This document shows positions 39,053-47,559 of a stretch of 64,000 bases of DNA, piece after piece (the stretch's first letter is position 1; each line of letters begins with the position of its first letter). The position numbers and the translations under genes are program-made. A model generated the notes under the pieces. The model saw only the letters and a list, made by a program, of their open reading frames with translations, searched no databases and had not been told where the DNA came from. The stretch spans positions 265,445 to 329,444 of the forward strand of contig CAWFMD010000003.1 in NCBI GenBank assembly GCA_963816975.1. Direction: 5' to 3'. Source of the DNA: an uncultured Solirubrobacterales bacterium (GTDB lineage: Bacteria > Actinomycetota > Thermoleophilia > Solirubrobacterales > JBBDJG01).

Positions 39053-39827
39053 TCAGGCCGTGACGGCGCGCCGGTAACGCGAGACCGCGAGCGGAGCGAC
39101 CACCGCGATGATGCCAACCGACCAGGCGACCGCGCCCCATACGCTGTTCCCGGCGGGCGCGTCCAGCCACAGCGCGCGCATCGCGTCGACCACGACGGTG
39201 AATGGGTTCGCCTCGGCAAACCACTGGAGGCCCGCAGGCATCGACTCGACGGGAACGAACGCCGAGGAGATGAACGTCAGCGGGAAGATGATGATGAAGC
39301 CCATGGCCTGCGCCGACTCGGGCGAGGACGCCAGCAGGCCGAACATCGCGAAGATCCACGAGAAGGCGAAGCCGAACAGCAGCAGCAGGCCGACGCCGGC
39401 CACGATCTCGGTCGCGCCGGCGTCGAACCGGAACCCGATGATCAGCCCGACCGCCACCATGATCGCGAGCGACAGCAGGTTGGTGGCGACGTCCGCGAGC
39501 GTGCGGCCGCCGAGCACGGCGGAACGGGCCATCGGCAGGGAGCGGAAGCGGTCGATCAGCCCCTTCTTCAGGTCGTCGGCGAGGCTCAGCGCGGTCACGA
39601 AGCCGCCGAACGCCATCGTCTGGGCGATGATCCCCGGCATCAGGAAGTCGATGTAGTCGAAGCCCGGCGTGCTGATCGCGCCGCCGAACACGTAGGCGAA
39701 GAGCAGCACGAACATGATCGGCTGCACCGTGAACGAGATCAGCAGGTCCGGCAGCACGCGGGATGCGCAGCAGGTTGCGCTGCGCGATCACGATCGTGTC
39801 CGAAGCGGCGTAGCGCAAAGCCGTCAT
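39053..39827 (-). pseudogene. ABC-2 type permease (DrrB-like), frameshift near 39750
   Basis: MTALRYAASDTIVIAQRNLLRIPR (ATG 39827, ATGA with the ATPase stop) continues in another frame as ..LPDLLISFTVQPIMFVLLFAYVFGG.. (ORF 39053..39757). Confidence 0.7.
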
Positions 39828-40803
39828 GCGATCGCCTCCTCGGTGGCGCGCGCTTCTGCCTCCTCCTGGTCCTCGGCCGCGCGGCCGGTGAGCGCCAGGA
39901 AGACGTCGTCGAGCGTGGGCCGGTGCACCGCGATGTCGTCGATCGCCACGTCCGCCTCGTCGAGGCGCCTGCACCGCCTCGGCGATCACGCCGCTGCGGC
40001 GGTGGATCGGGAAGCGCAGGAGACCGTCGTCGCACGTGGGCTGCCCGTCGCCCAGCGCGGCCAGGGTCGCGCTCGCGGCGTCCGCGTCGGTCGGGTGCTC
40101 CAGCCTGATCTCGAGCGATTCGCCGCCGACGCGGGTCTTCAGCTCGTCCGGGCTGCCCTCGGCGATCACGCGGCCGTGGTCGATCACGGCGATCCGGTCC
40201 GCGAGCCGGTCCGCCTCGTCCAGGTACTGGGTGGTGAGCAGCACGGTCGTACCGGCCGCGACGCAGCCTTCGATCGTCGCCCAGAGGGCCAGACGGCTGC
40301 GCGGGTCGAGGCCGGTCGTGGGCTCGTCGAGGAACAGGACCTGCGGGTCGGCCACCAACGCCGCGGCGAGGTCGAGGCGGCGCCGCATGCCGCCGGAGTA
40401 GGTGCGCGCGATGCGGCCGCCCCGCCTCGAGCAGGTCGAAGCGGGCGAGCAGCTCCTCGGCGCGCGCTCGGCGAGCGGGCGCGTCCCAGGTGGTACAGGC
40501 GGCCCACCATCTCGAGGTTCTCCTTGCCCGTCAGGTTCTCGTCGACGGCCGCGTACTGGCCCGCGAGGCCGATCTGCGTGCGCAGCTGGGCCGCGTCGCG
40601 GGCCACGTCGAATCCCGCCACCCGCGCGCGTGCCGGCGTCGGGCGGCAGCAGCGTCGTGAGGATGCGCACCGCGGTCGTCTTGCCGGCGCCGTTGGGGCC
40701 CGAGCAGGCCGAGCACGGTGCCGGCTGGGCGCCGCAGGTCGATGCCGGCGCAGCGCCTCGACGTCGCCGTAGGACTTGCGCAGGCCGTGGGCCTCGATTG
40801 CAT
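39824..40803 (-). pseudogene. ABC transporter ATP-binding protein (DrrA-like), several frameshifts
   Basis: ATG 40803, then [123 protein letters not shown].. and DDVFLALTGRAAEDQEEAEARATEEAIA* lie in different frames. Confidence 0.7.
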
Positions 40804-40863
40804 AGCGCGTCGGACACGGTTCGCAAACCTAGCAACCGCCTGACGAATAACTGTTTAGCGACC

Positions 40864-40891
40864 GCGAGAGGCCGCCGCGGCGGCCTCTCGC
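40864..40891 (-). terminator. candidate intrinsic terminator after the CHRD gene (perfect 28-nt palindrome)
   Basis: GCGAGAGGCCGCCGCGGCGGCCTCTCGC pairs at 14/14 positions. It lies 27 nt past the stop at 40918 and is followed on the minus strand by ..AAACAGUUAUUCG. Confidence 0.5.
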
Positions 40892-40917
40892 CCGCGGACC
40901 TGGTCGCCGCCGCGTGG

Positions 40918-41472
40918 CTAGTCGCGGTCGTGCGTGCGGCCGCCCTTGCCTGCGCGGCCGGATCCGTGGTGGCCGCGCCCGTCGACCTGGCCGCGGATCT
41001 CACCGCTGCCGAAGTTGTCCGTGTGGACGTTGGCGTACACCGCTGCGGCCTTCAGCGCGCGGACGAACTCGTCGAACTCGCCGGCGGCGATGCCCTGATC
41101 GGCCGGGCCGATCACGTCAGCCGGGACGATCGTGCCCGTCACTTCGCCGGACGCCGGGCAGGCGGGCTTGCCGCCACCGCCGCACAGGAAGGCGATCACA
41201 CCGCCGTTCACTCCCTCTCGCCCGAAGTGGACGTGCGCGAACTTCACCGGTGAGCTGAGGTCGCTGTAGCGCAGCTTGAACTGGGCCGAGTCCCCGTTGA
41301 CCTTGATCCTGAACTTGCCGTGGCCCGTGGTCGAGACCGCGGGCACCTCTTGATAGCCATCGAGGTGCGCCGTGAGATGCCGGCCGTTGTTCGGGTTGTG
41401 AGCCGGCGCCACCGCCACGATCAGCGCTGCCGCGACAATTGCGAACAGCCCTCCTGTCACGAGCTTCTTCAT
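40918..41472 (-). CDS. secreted CHRD domain protein
   Basis: 184 aa. SD AAAGGAGGG, then an N-terminal hydrophobic segment. LDGYQEVPAVSTTGHG.., ..KFAHVHFGREGVNGGV.., ..YANVHTDNFGSGEIRGQV match the CHRD pattern. Confidence 0.7.
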   Translation of the reverse strand: MKKLVTGGLFAIVAAALIVAVAPAHNPNNGRHLTAHLDGYQEVPAVSTTGHGKFRIKVNGDSAQFKLRYSDLSSPVKFAHVHFGREGVNGGVIAFLCGGGGKPACPASGEVTGTIVPADVIGPADQGIAAGEFDEFVRALKAAAVYANVHTDNFGSGEIRGQVDGRGHHGSGRAGKGGRTHDRD

Positions 41473-41556
41473 GTGACCCTCCTTTGGTCGCAGGACATCC
41501 CCCGCTCGCCGCTATTTCCGGCATCGCGGTGGGCGAAACGTAGCGATACGTCCAAA

Positions 41557-41572
41557 GGCGGCCCGCGCCGCC
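41557..41572 (-). terminator. candidate stem-loop after the R2-like gene
   Basis: GGCGGC / CCGC / GCCGCC, 17-32 nt past the stop at 41589. Followed on the minus strand by UUUGG. Confidence 0.35.
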
Positions 41573-41588
41573 TGCTCTGCCGGTGCGC

Positions 41589-42851
41589 CTACCGCGGGAA
41601 CATGCGGCGCGCGCGCCACAGCCAGCGGAAGTCCCCGCTCGGCCGCAAACGGCGTCGTGCGGCCAGGCGCAGCGGGTGCTCCCGGCCCGCGAACACGTCT
41701 GCCCAGTCCTCGAAGCGGCACTGGAAGGTGACCGTCGGATCCGCGGCGCGCCCCTGCTCCACCCGCGTATCACCGTTGGACACGACCAGATGCCACGGCT
41801 CGGCGTCCGCGAAGTCCCACTGGATGGTGCCGGGCTCGAGCGGGGCCTTGCTGTGGTCGAGGCTCGCACCGAACAGATCGAACAGCGCGGCCACCGTCTC
41901 GGGGTCGGAGCTGGGCGGTCCGAGCTTCTCGCCCAGCACGCCGCCGCGGACCAGCCGCAGGCCGTTCTCGACGCGCCGCTCGGCCGGCAGCCCGTAGGCG
42001 AAGATCGGCGGGCCGGGAAGCTCCTCCATCGGCAGGCCGGCGCTGCGCATCTTGGTCTCCAGCGACCCCGCTCCCTCGTTGGCGATGTCCTCGAGCGTGA
42101 AGCCGAACACCTCCGTGTAGCGCAGGTCCCAGCCCGGGGGCACGAGCACGGAGGCCGTCCAGGGCAGCACCTCGCGCAGCAGGTCGGCGACGGCGCGACG
42201 GCACTCTGGATCCGGCGCCGCGATGTCCGAGAGCAGCTTCACGCCGAACGCGATGTGGCGCTGCTCGTCCTGCGCGATGCGGTCCATGCCCTCGCGAAAG
42301 CCGGGGAGCAGGTCGCGCTCGTGCAGGTAGCTGGTGATGAAGTGCTGGCCGGGCTGGGCGAGCGTCGCCTCGATCACGATGTGGTAGAGCGCGATCGCCG
42401 CGGACAGGCGCGGGAGCGAGGGGTCGTGGCGCAACTCGTCGGACATCTGCTCGAGCCGGTCGAAGACCATGCGAAAGCCCCACGTCAGCTCCGGCTTGAT
42501 CGCCTCCAGGCCGCCGGCCACCGTGCCGTCGCCGACGTCGCAGACCTCGTGCATGAAGCGCGCGAAGAAGACCGCGTGGCGCGCCTCGTCGACCTGCTGC
42601 GTGGCGAGGAAGTATTTCTGCTCCTCGGTGGGAGCGGCGTCGATGTAGGGCGACAGGCCGTCGGCGACGGCGTCCTCTCCCCAGAAGAAGAGCGCGTAGT
42701 TCCACAGCGCGGCCTTGCGCTCGAACTCCGTCATCTGCTCCCACCACTGGCGGCGGTCGGCGGTGAAGTCGATCTCGGTCGCGCGCCAGTTGCCGCGCTC
42801 CCAGCGGGCGTAGAGGTCCGTGTAGCTGATCTGTTGCGCGACGGTCGCCAT
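41589..42851 (-). CDS. R2-like (ribonucleotide-reductase-beta-fold) diiron/di-metal carboxylate protein fused to a C-terminal SCP2-like domain
   Basis: 420 aa behind SD GGAGG. Metal-ligand helices are ..FFWGEDAV.., ..QVDEARHAVFF.., ..HIVIEATLA.., ..AQDEQRHIAFG.. Residues ~320-420 look SCP2-like (..TIQWDFADAEPWHLVVSNGDTRVEQG..VTFQCRFEDWADVFAGREHPLRLAARRRLRPSGDF..). Confidence 0.75.
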   Translation of the reverse strand: MATVAQQISYTDLYARWERGNWRATEIDFTADRRQWWEQMTEFERKAALWNYALFFWGEDAVADGLSPYIDAAPTEEQKYFLATQQVDEARHAVFFARFMHEVCDVGDGTVAGGLEAIKPELTWGFRMVFDRLEQMSDELRHDPSLPRLSAAIALYHIVIEATLAQPGQHFITSYLHERDLLPGFREGMDRIAQDEQRHIAFGVKLLSDIAAPDPECRRAVADLLREVLPWTASVLVPPGWDLRYTEVFGFTLEDIANEGAGSLETKMRSAGLPMEELPGPPIFAYGLPAERRVENGLRLVRGGVLGEKLGPPSSDPETVAALFDLFGASLDHSKAPLEPGTIQWDFADAEPWHLVVSNGDTRVEQGRAADPTVTFQCRFEDWADVFAGREHPLRLAARRRLRPSGDFRWLWRARRMFPR

Positions 42852-42869
42852 TGGTCTGCCTCCGGGGCC

Positions 42870-42910
42870 TTTGGTATGTTTGTACCAGCTAGTGGGACAA
42901 ATGTACCAAA
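42870..42910. promoter_or_regulatory. 41-bp near-palindrome, candidate TetR operator in the divergent intergenic region
   Basis: TTTGGTATGTTTGTACCAGCTAGTGGGACAAATGTACCAAA has 15 of 20 symmetric pairs. It is unusually AT-rich for this DNA and covers the TetR ATG at 42901. Confidence 0.5.
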
Positions 42911-43509
42911 CTCACCGAACCCCCACCGAGACGCCGCGCGGCGCGGCCCGCCGCGATGCGATCCTGCGCGCCGCGATCGAGCTCGTCGGCGAGGAAGGGC
43001 CGGATGCGCTCACGCACCGGGCGGTCGCCGAGCGGGCGGGCGTGGCCGTGTCCGCGACCACGTACTGGTTCTCCTCCAAGGAGGAGATCTTTCGCGAAGC
43101 GGTGGCACTCGCCGCCGGCGAGGAGGTCGAGCGCTTCGAGCGGCTCGTGCTCGACCTGGCCCCGCGCCACGTCGCGGCGGCGGACTGGGCGCGGGAGGTC
43201 TCCGCCGCGCTCGCCGCCGACGTGCAGGGCGACCCGGCGCGCCCGATCGCGCTGTACGAGTTCCTGCTCGAGGCCGCGCGCCAGCCCGCGCTGCGGGAGG
43301 AGGTCGCACGCTGGGAGGCAGCCCAGCTGCGCCTGGCCGAGGCCGGCCTGCGTGCGGCGGGCTCCGACGACCCCGCGACGGACGCGCACGTCGTGGTCGC
43401 GACGATCACGGGCCTGATCCTGGGCCAGCTGACCACGCCGCGCGGCGACTTCGAGGCCGCGATCCTGCGCCCCGCGCTCGAGCGTTTGTTCACACGCCTG
43501 GCGCCGTAG
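42901..43509 (+). CDS. TetR family transcriptional regulator
   Basis: HTH ..LTHRAVAERAGVAVSATTYWFSSKEEIF.. Start is ATG 42901 or TTG 42871. Divergent from the R2-like gene. Confidence 0.8.
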   Translation: MYQTHRTPTETPRGAARRDAILRAAIELVGEEGPDALTHRAVAERAGVAVSATTYWFSSKEEIFREAVALAAGEEVERFERLVLDLAPRHVAAADWAREVSAALAADVQGDPARPIALYEFLLEAARQPALREEVARWEAAQLRLAEAGLRAAGSDDPATDAHVVVATITGLILGQLTTPRGDFEAAILRPALERLFTRLAP

Positions 43510-43590
43510 CGACGCAAACGCGCGCCCCGGCGCGCGCGTTCACCTGCGACGCTGACGCCCATGCCCCCCGCGTGCGCACATGAGCGCCAC

Positions 43591-44526
43591 ATGGGCGCTC
43601 ATGTTGGATCGGAGCGTGGGATCGCTGAGCTGGCCGCACAGCAGCACGGCGTGGTGTCGTATCGGCAGCTGCGGGAACTGGGGCTCGGCCGATCCGCGAT
43701 TCAGTACCGGCTCAAGCTGGGGCGGCTGCATTCACTGCACCGCGGCGTGTACGCAGTCGGTCATCGCGCGCTGTCGCAGCGCGGCCGTTGGATGGCCGCC
43801 ACGCTTGCCTGCGGTCCGGGTAGCGCCGTGAGCCACAGGTGCGGCGCATCGCTGTTGGAGTTGCTGCCGTATGCCGGAAAGCGAATCGACGTGACCCTCA
43901 TGGGGTCCCGACGGCGGCCCGGCATCGCGGTGCATCGGGTCCGGCACCTCGACGACGACCAGCTGATCGGGGTCGACGGCATCCCGGTCACGTCCGTCGC
44001 GCGTACGCTCCGTGACCTCGCCGGGACCGTCCGCCCGGACCAGCTGAGTCGCGCGATCGAGGCGGCGGAGCGCCAAGGCGAGTTCGACCTACGCGCCCTG
44101 GAGCGCGGCAGGATGCCGCAGGCGCTCCGCGCCGTCCTCGCCGACTACCACGACCCGGGCTTCACCCGCTCGGAGCTCGAGCGGCGCTTCGCGCGCGTGT
44201 GCCGCGACGCCGGCCTGCCGCAGCCGTCGATGAACGTCTGGATTCACGACCAGGAGGTGGACGCCGTCTGGGAGGACGAGCAGGTCGCGGTGCAGCTCGA
44301 CGGCTACGAGTTCCACCGCACGCGCGCGGCCTTCGAGCGCGACCGCCGGAGTCAGGCCGCCCTTCAGCTTCGCGGGTATGTGGTCCTGCGCGTCACCTAC
44401 CGGTGGCTGGCCGGCGATCCCGCCGAGGTCGTCTCCGCCTTACGTTCGCTCCTGGCCTCCAGCAGCTCCGCGACGGCGCGCTCGACGTCTGCGCCGAACT
44501 CGTCCAGATCCGCCATCGCGTCGTAG
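43591..44526 (+). CDS. AbiEi-like N-terminal domain / DUF559 endonuclease-like domain protein
   Basis: ..IAELAAQQHGVVSYRQLRELGLGRSAIQYRLKLGRLHSLHRGVYAVG.. and C-terminal ..VDAVWEDEQVAVQLDGYEFHRTRAAFERDRRSQAALQLRGYVVLRVTY.. Start ATG 43591 chosen within ORF 43561.. Confidence 0.7.
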   Translation: MGAHVGSERGIAELAAQQHGVVSYRQLRELGLGRSAIQYRLKLGRLHSLHRGVYAVGHRALSQRGRWMAATLACGPGSAVSHRCGASLLELLPYAGKRIDVTLMGSRRRPGIAVHRVRHLDDDQLIGVDGIPVTSVARTLRDLAGTVRPDQLSRAIEAAERQGEFDLRALERGRMPQALRAVLADYHDPGFTRSELERRFARVCRDAGLPQPSMNVWIHDQEVDAVWEDEQVAVQLDGYEFHRTRAAFERDRRSQAALQLRGYVVLRVTYRWLAGDPAEVVSALRSLLASSSSATARSTSAPNSSRSAIAS

Positions 44527-45833
44527 TCGCCCATCAAGCCGATCGTGACGTTGCCGTTGTAGCTCATGATCGCAACCGCCAGCGCCCGCTCGGGCGCCAG
44601 GAACGGCACCGGCGCGAGCTCCTGCATCTCGCGCCCGATCAGGTACAGGGGAAACTGCGGCCCGGGCACGTTCGTGACCAGCAGGTTGTAGGCGCGCGCG
44701 GAGAAGTTGAGCCGCGACGCCTGCGCGAGGATCGTCGGCGGCGCAAAGTCCTGGAGCCGCGTGAGCGCCTCCGCGCCGATCGCCTGCTTGGACTCCTTCA
44801 GCCCCTTCATCGCGTCGGTCACGATCCGCAGGCGCTCCTGCGCGTCGCCGGCGTACACCGGCAGCGGGCCGAGCATCGCGGTGATGCGGTTGCCGAGCGC
44901 GCCCTGCTGGTCGGCCGAGCGCACGGACACCGGGACGATGCCCCGCAGCTCGAGGCCCTCGGTGCGCACACCCCGTCGCTTCAGCGTGCGCGCCAGCGCC
45001 CCGGAAACGACGGCCAGGAACACGTCGTTGACGGTCCCGCCCAGCTCGTTCTTGATCGACTTCAGGTCGGCGAGCGGCATGCGGATCCATTGGACGCGCC
45101 GGTGCGGGCCGATCGGCACGTTGAGCGGCGTCGGAGGGGGCGGGTTCGCGAACTTCCATGCGATGTTGCCGAGGCCCTCGACGGCCTCGCGCAGCTCGTC
45201 GAAGGTCTCGCCGGGATGGCGGGCGGCGTGGAGTGCGCGACGCGCCACCCGCAAGGGGAACCTGGCCAGCCCCTCGACGCCCTTTGCCACCAGCGTCGCG
45301 TCGGATGGCTCGGGCCCCGGCGACCACGGCTGCGGCCCGACGGGCGTCGGTGTCGGCGACGTGTCGAACAGCACCGTGGTGATGTCCACGCCCGAGACCC
45401 CGTCCACCAGGCAGTGGTGGGTCTTGTTGATCACCGCGAAGCGGTTGTGCTCGAGGCCCTGCACGAGCCACAGCTCCCACAGCGGCTTCGAGCGGTCGAG
45501 GCGCTGGGAGAACAAGCGGCCCGTGAGCATCCGCAGCTGCTCCTCGCTGCCGGGCCGCGGCAGTGCCGTGTGGCGCACGTGGTAGTCGAGGTTGAACCGC
45601 GGGTCGTCCACCCACAGCGGCCGGCCCATCTCGAGCCGCGGGTACAGCAGCTTCTGCCGGTAGCGCGGCACGAGGTGCAGGCGCGACTCGATGTGGTCGC
45701 GCAGGTCCTCGTGCGACGGCGGCGGGCCCTCGAAGGTCATCACCGCCCCGATGTGCATGTGCGAGCCCCGCTTCTCCTGGTCCAGGAACGAGACGTCCAT
45801 CGGGCTGAGACGCTGCATGTGGGTCTGTGTCAC
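44397..45833 (-). CDS. wax ester synthase / diacylglycerol acyltransferase (WS/DGAT)
   Basis: 478 aa with the HHCLVDGVSG (HHxxxDG) motif. SD GAGGAGG precedes the GTG start at 45833. Confidence 0.85.
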   Translation of the reverse strand: MTQTHMQRLSPMDVSFLDQEKRGSHMHIGAVMTFEGPPPSHEDLRDHIESRLHLVPRYRQKLLYPRLEMGRPLWVDDPRFNLDYHVRHTALPRPGSEEQLRMLTGRLFSQRLDRSKPLWELWLVQGLEHNRFAVINKTHHCLVDGVSGVDITTVLFDTSPTPTPVGPQPWSPGPEPSDATLVAKGVEGLARFPLRVARRALHAARHPGETFDELREAVEGLGNIAWKFANPPPPTPLNVPIGPHRRVQWIRMPLADLKSIKNELGGTVNDVFLAVVSGALARTLKRRGVRTEGLELRGIVPVSVRSADQQGALGNRITAMLGPLPVYAGDAQERLRIVTDAMKGLKESKQAIGAEALTRLQDFAPPTILAQASRLNFSARAYNLLVTNVPGPQFPLYLIGREMQELAPVPFLAPERALAVAIMSYNGNVTIGLMGDYDAMADLDEFGADVERAVAELLEARSERKAETTSAGSPASHR

Positions 45834-45893
45834 CGCGCTGCCTCCTCGTCGCTACCGGGCGCGGTGAACCCTACGGGCTGAGCGGCGGCCGGT

Positions 45894-46727
45894 CTAGCCT
45901 CCGATTGGAGCACGCGGATTCGCACCCCAGAAGATCTGCGAGCCCATCATCCCGATCAGGTGCACGAGCACCATGTTGAGGATCATCGACTTGGCGGTCG
46001 CCTGGCCCACGCCCACGGGCCCGCCCGAGGCGGTGTAGCCGTAGTAGCAGCCGACGGCCACGATCGCGGTCGCCATCGCCATCCCCTTGATCACGGAAAA
46101 CAGCAGGTCGGGGGGGTTTTGGAACATCCAGAAGATCAGGAAGTAGCCGCCCGAGGAGACCTCCCCGATCTGCTCCACGACCGCCAGGTAGGAGGCAAAG
46201 AAGCCGACCCCCACGGCCGCCACGTAGATGAACGGCAGCACCATCCAGGCGGCCAGCAGGCGGGTCGCGGCCAGGAACGTGATCGGGCGCACGCCCATCA
46301 CCTCGAGCGCGTCGATCTCCTCGTTGATGCGCATCGCGCCCAGCTCGGCCACGATCCCGGTGCCGACCTTCGCCGACATGATGTAGCCGAACATGTAGGG
46401 CACCATCTCGCGCAGGTCGCACCAGGCGCTGAACACGCCCGCGTAGGCGGGCGCGCCCACCGAGCGGTTGAAGTAGGCGCCCTCGATCCCGCACTGCAGG
46501 CCCAAGATGAAGACCATCCCCCAGATCACCAGCGCCGAGCCCAAGATCAAGATCCCGGCCTGGCGCAGCGCCTCGCCGAAGAAGTGGAACACGCGCCCGT
46601 TGAAGATGTCGCCGAAGGACTGCCCGCAAAAGCGGATGATGTCGCCCAGGCTCGCGACCCAGTCGCGGGGCACGGCCAGCCAGCCGATGCCGGTCGAGGT
46701 GGAGCGCGTGGCGGGCTTGGCGGCCAT
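45894..46727 (-). CDS. MlaE/YrbE-family ABC permease (YrbEB-like)
   Basis: 277 aa with ..EIDALEVMGVRPITFLAATRLLA.. TGATG junction with the upstream permease stop. Confidence 0.8.
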   Translation of the reverse strand: MAAKPATRSTSTGIGWLAVPRDWVASLGDIIRFCGQSFGDIFNGRVFHFFGEALRQAGILILGSALVIWGMVFILGLQCGIEGAYFNRSVGAPAYAGVFSAWCDLREMVPYMFGYIMSAKVGTGIVAELGAMRINEEIDALEVMGVRPITFLAATRLLAAWMVLPFIYVAAVGVGFFASYLAVVEQIGEVSSGGYFLIFWMFQNPPDLLFSVIKGMAMATAIVAVGCYYGYTASGGPVGVGQATAKSMILNMVLVHLIGMMGSQIFWGANPRAPIGG

Positions 46728-47534
46728 CAGCGGATCACGAGGATTTCGGGGTGGGTGGCCAACAGCGTCTGGGTGAACACGTAGTTGAAGGCCCAGATCC
46801 CCGAGAAGGCGATCACCACGGCCTCGTTCACGGCTCTACCCACGCCGGCCGCACCACCGCTTGCGGTCATGCCCTTGTAGCAGCACACGATCGCGATGAT
46901 CGCGCCGAAGATCGTGGTCTTCACGAGGCTGCCCCACAGGTCGGTGACCGAGGCGTTGGCGAAGAACGTGGCCCAAAAGCCGGCCAGGTTCTGGTGGTAG
47001 ACGATCTCGGCCATGACGCCGCCGAAGATGCCGAAGATCAGCGCGTATACGTCGAGCAGGCCCGGTCACCAGCATCAGCGCCAAAAAGCGCGGCACCACG
47101 AGGTTCTTGACGGGGTCCACGCCCAGCACCTGCAGCGCGTCGAGCTCCTCTCTGATCTTGCGCGCGCCGAGGTCGGCGGTGACCGCGGTGCCGGCCACGC
47201 CGGCCACGATCATCGAGCACACCCAGGGCGCGAACTCGCGGATCGAGGCCAAAACGAAGAAGCCCCCGAGCCGGTCCAGCGCGCCGAACAGGGTCAGGAA
47301 GTTGGCGGCCTGCAGGCCGGGCGCGCCGTAGCCGAAGGCGATCGTGGAGATCAGCAGCGGGAACCAGCAAAGCCGCAGCGCGAACAGGAACTGCGACATG
47401 AACTCGCCGCCGTAGGGGTAGGGCGGGCGGATCGCGGAGACGATCGTCTTGCCGGTCAGGATCATCATGTCGCCGACCTGCTCGAACAGGTTCTTGGCGG
47501 GCAGGAAGGCCCTGTCGGCGACGTCTCTGATCAT
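46727..47534 (-). pseudogene. MlaE/YrbE-family ABC permease (YrbEA-like), one frameshift near 47063
   Basis: ..REELDALQVLGVDPVKNLVVPRFLALMLVTG (ORF 46836..47534) continues as LLDVYALIFGIFGGVMAEIVYHQ.. (frame of ORF 46727..47014). The shift sits at a C/G run (GGGCCTG). Confidence 0.75.
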
Positions 47535-47559
47535 CAGCTCTCCCCCATCCCGAGCACAG

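Noticed and set aside
43591-44526. DUF559/AbiEi-like gene as evidence of a mobile element or toxin-antitoxin/defence locus
   Set aside because: There is no partner toxin (AbiEii-type nucleotidyltransferase), integrase, transposase, flanking repeat or GC shift. Such genes are scattered in actinobacterial chromosomes.
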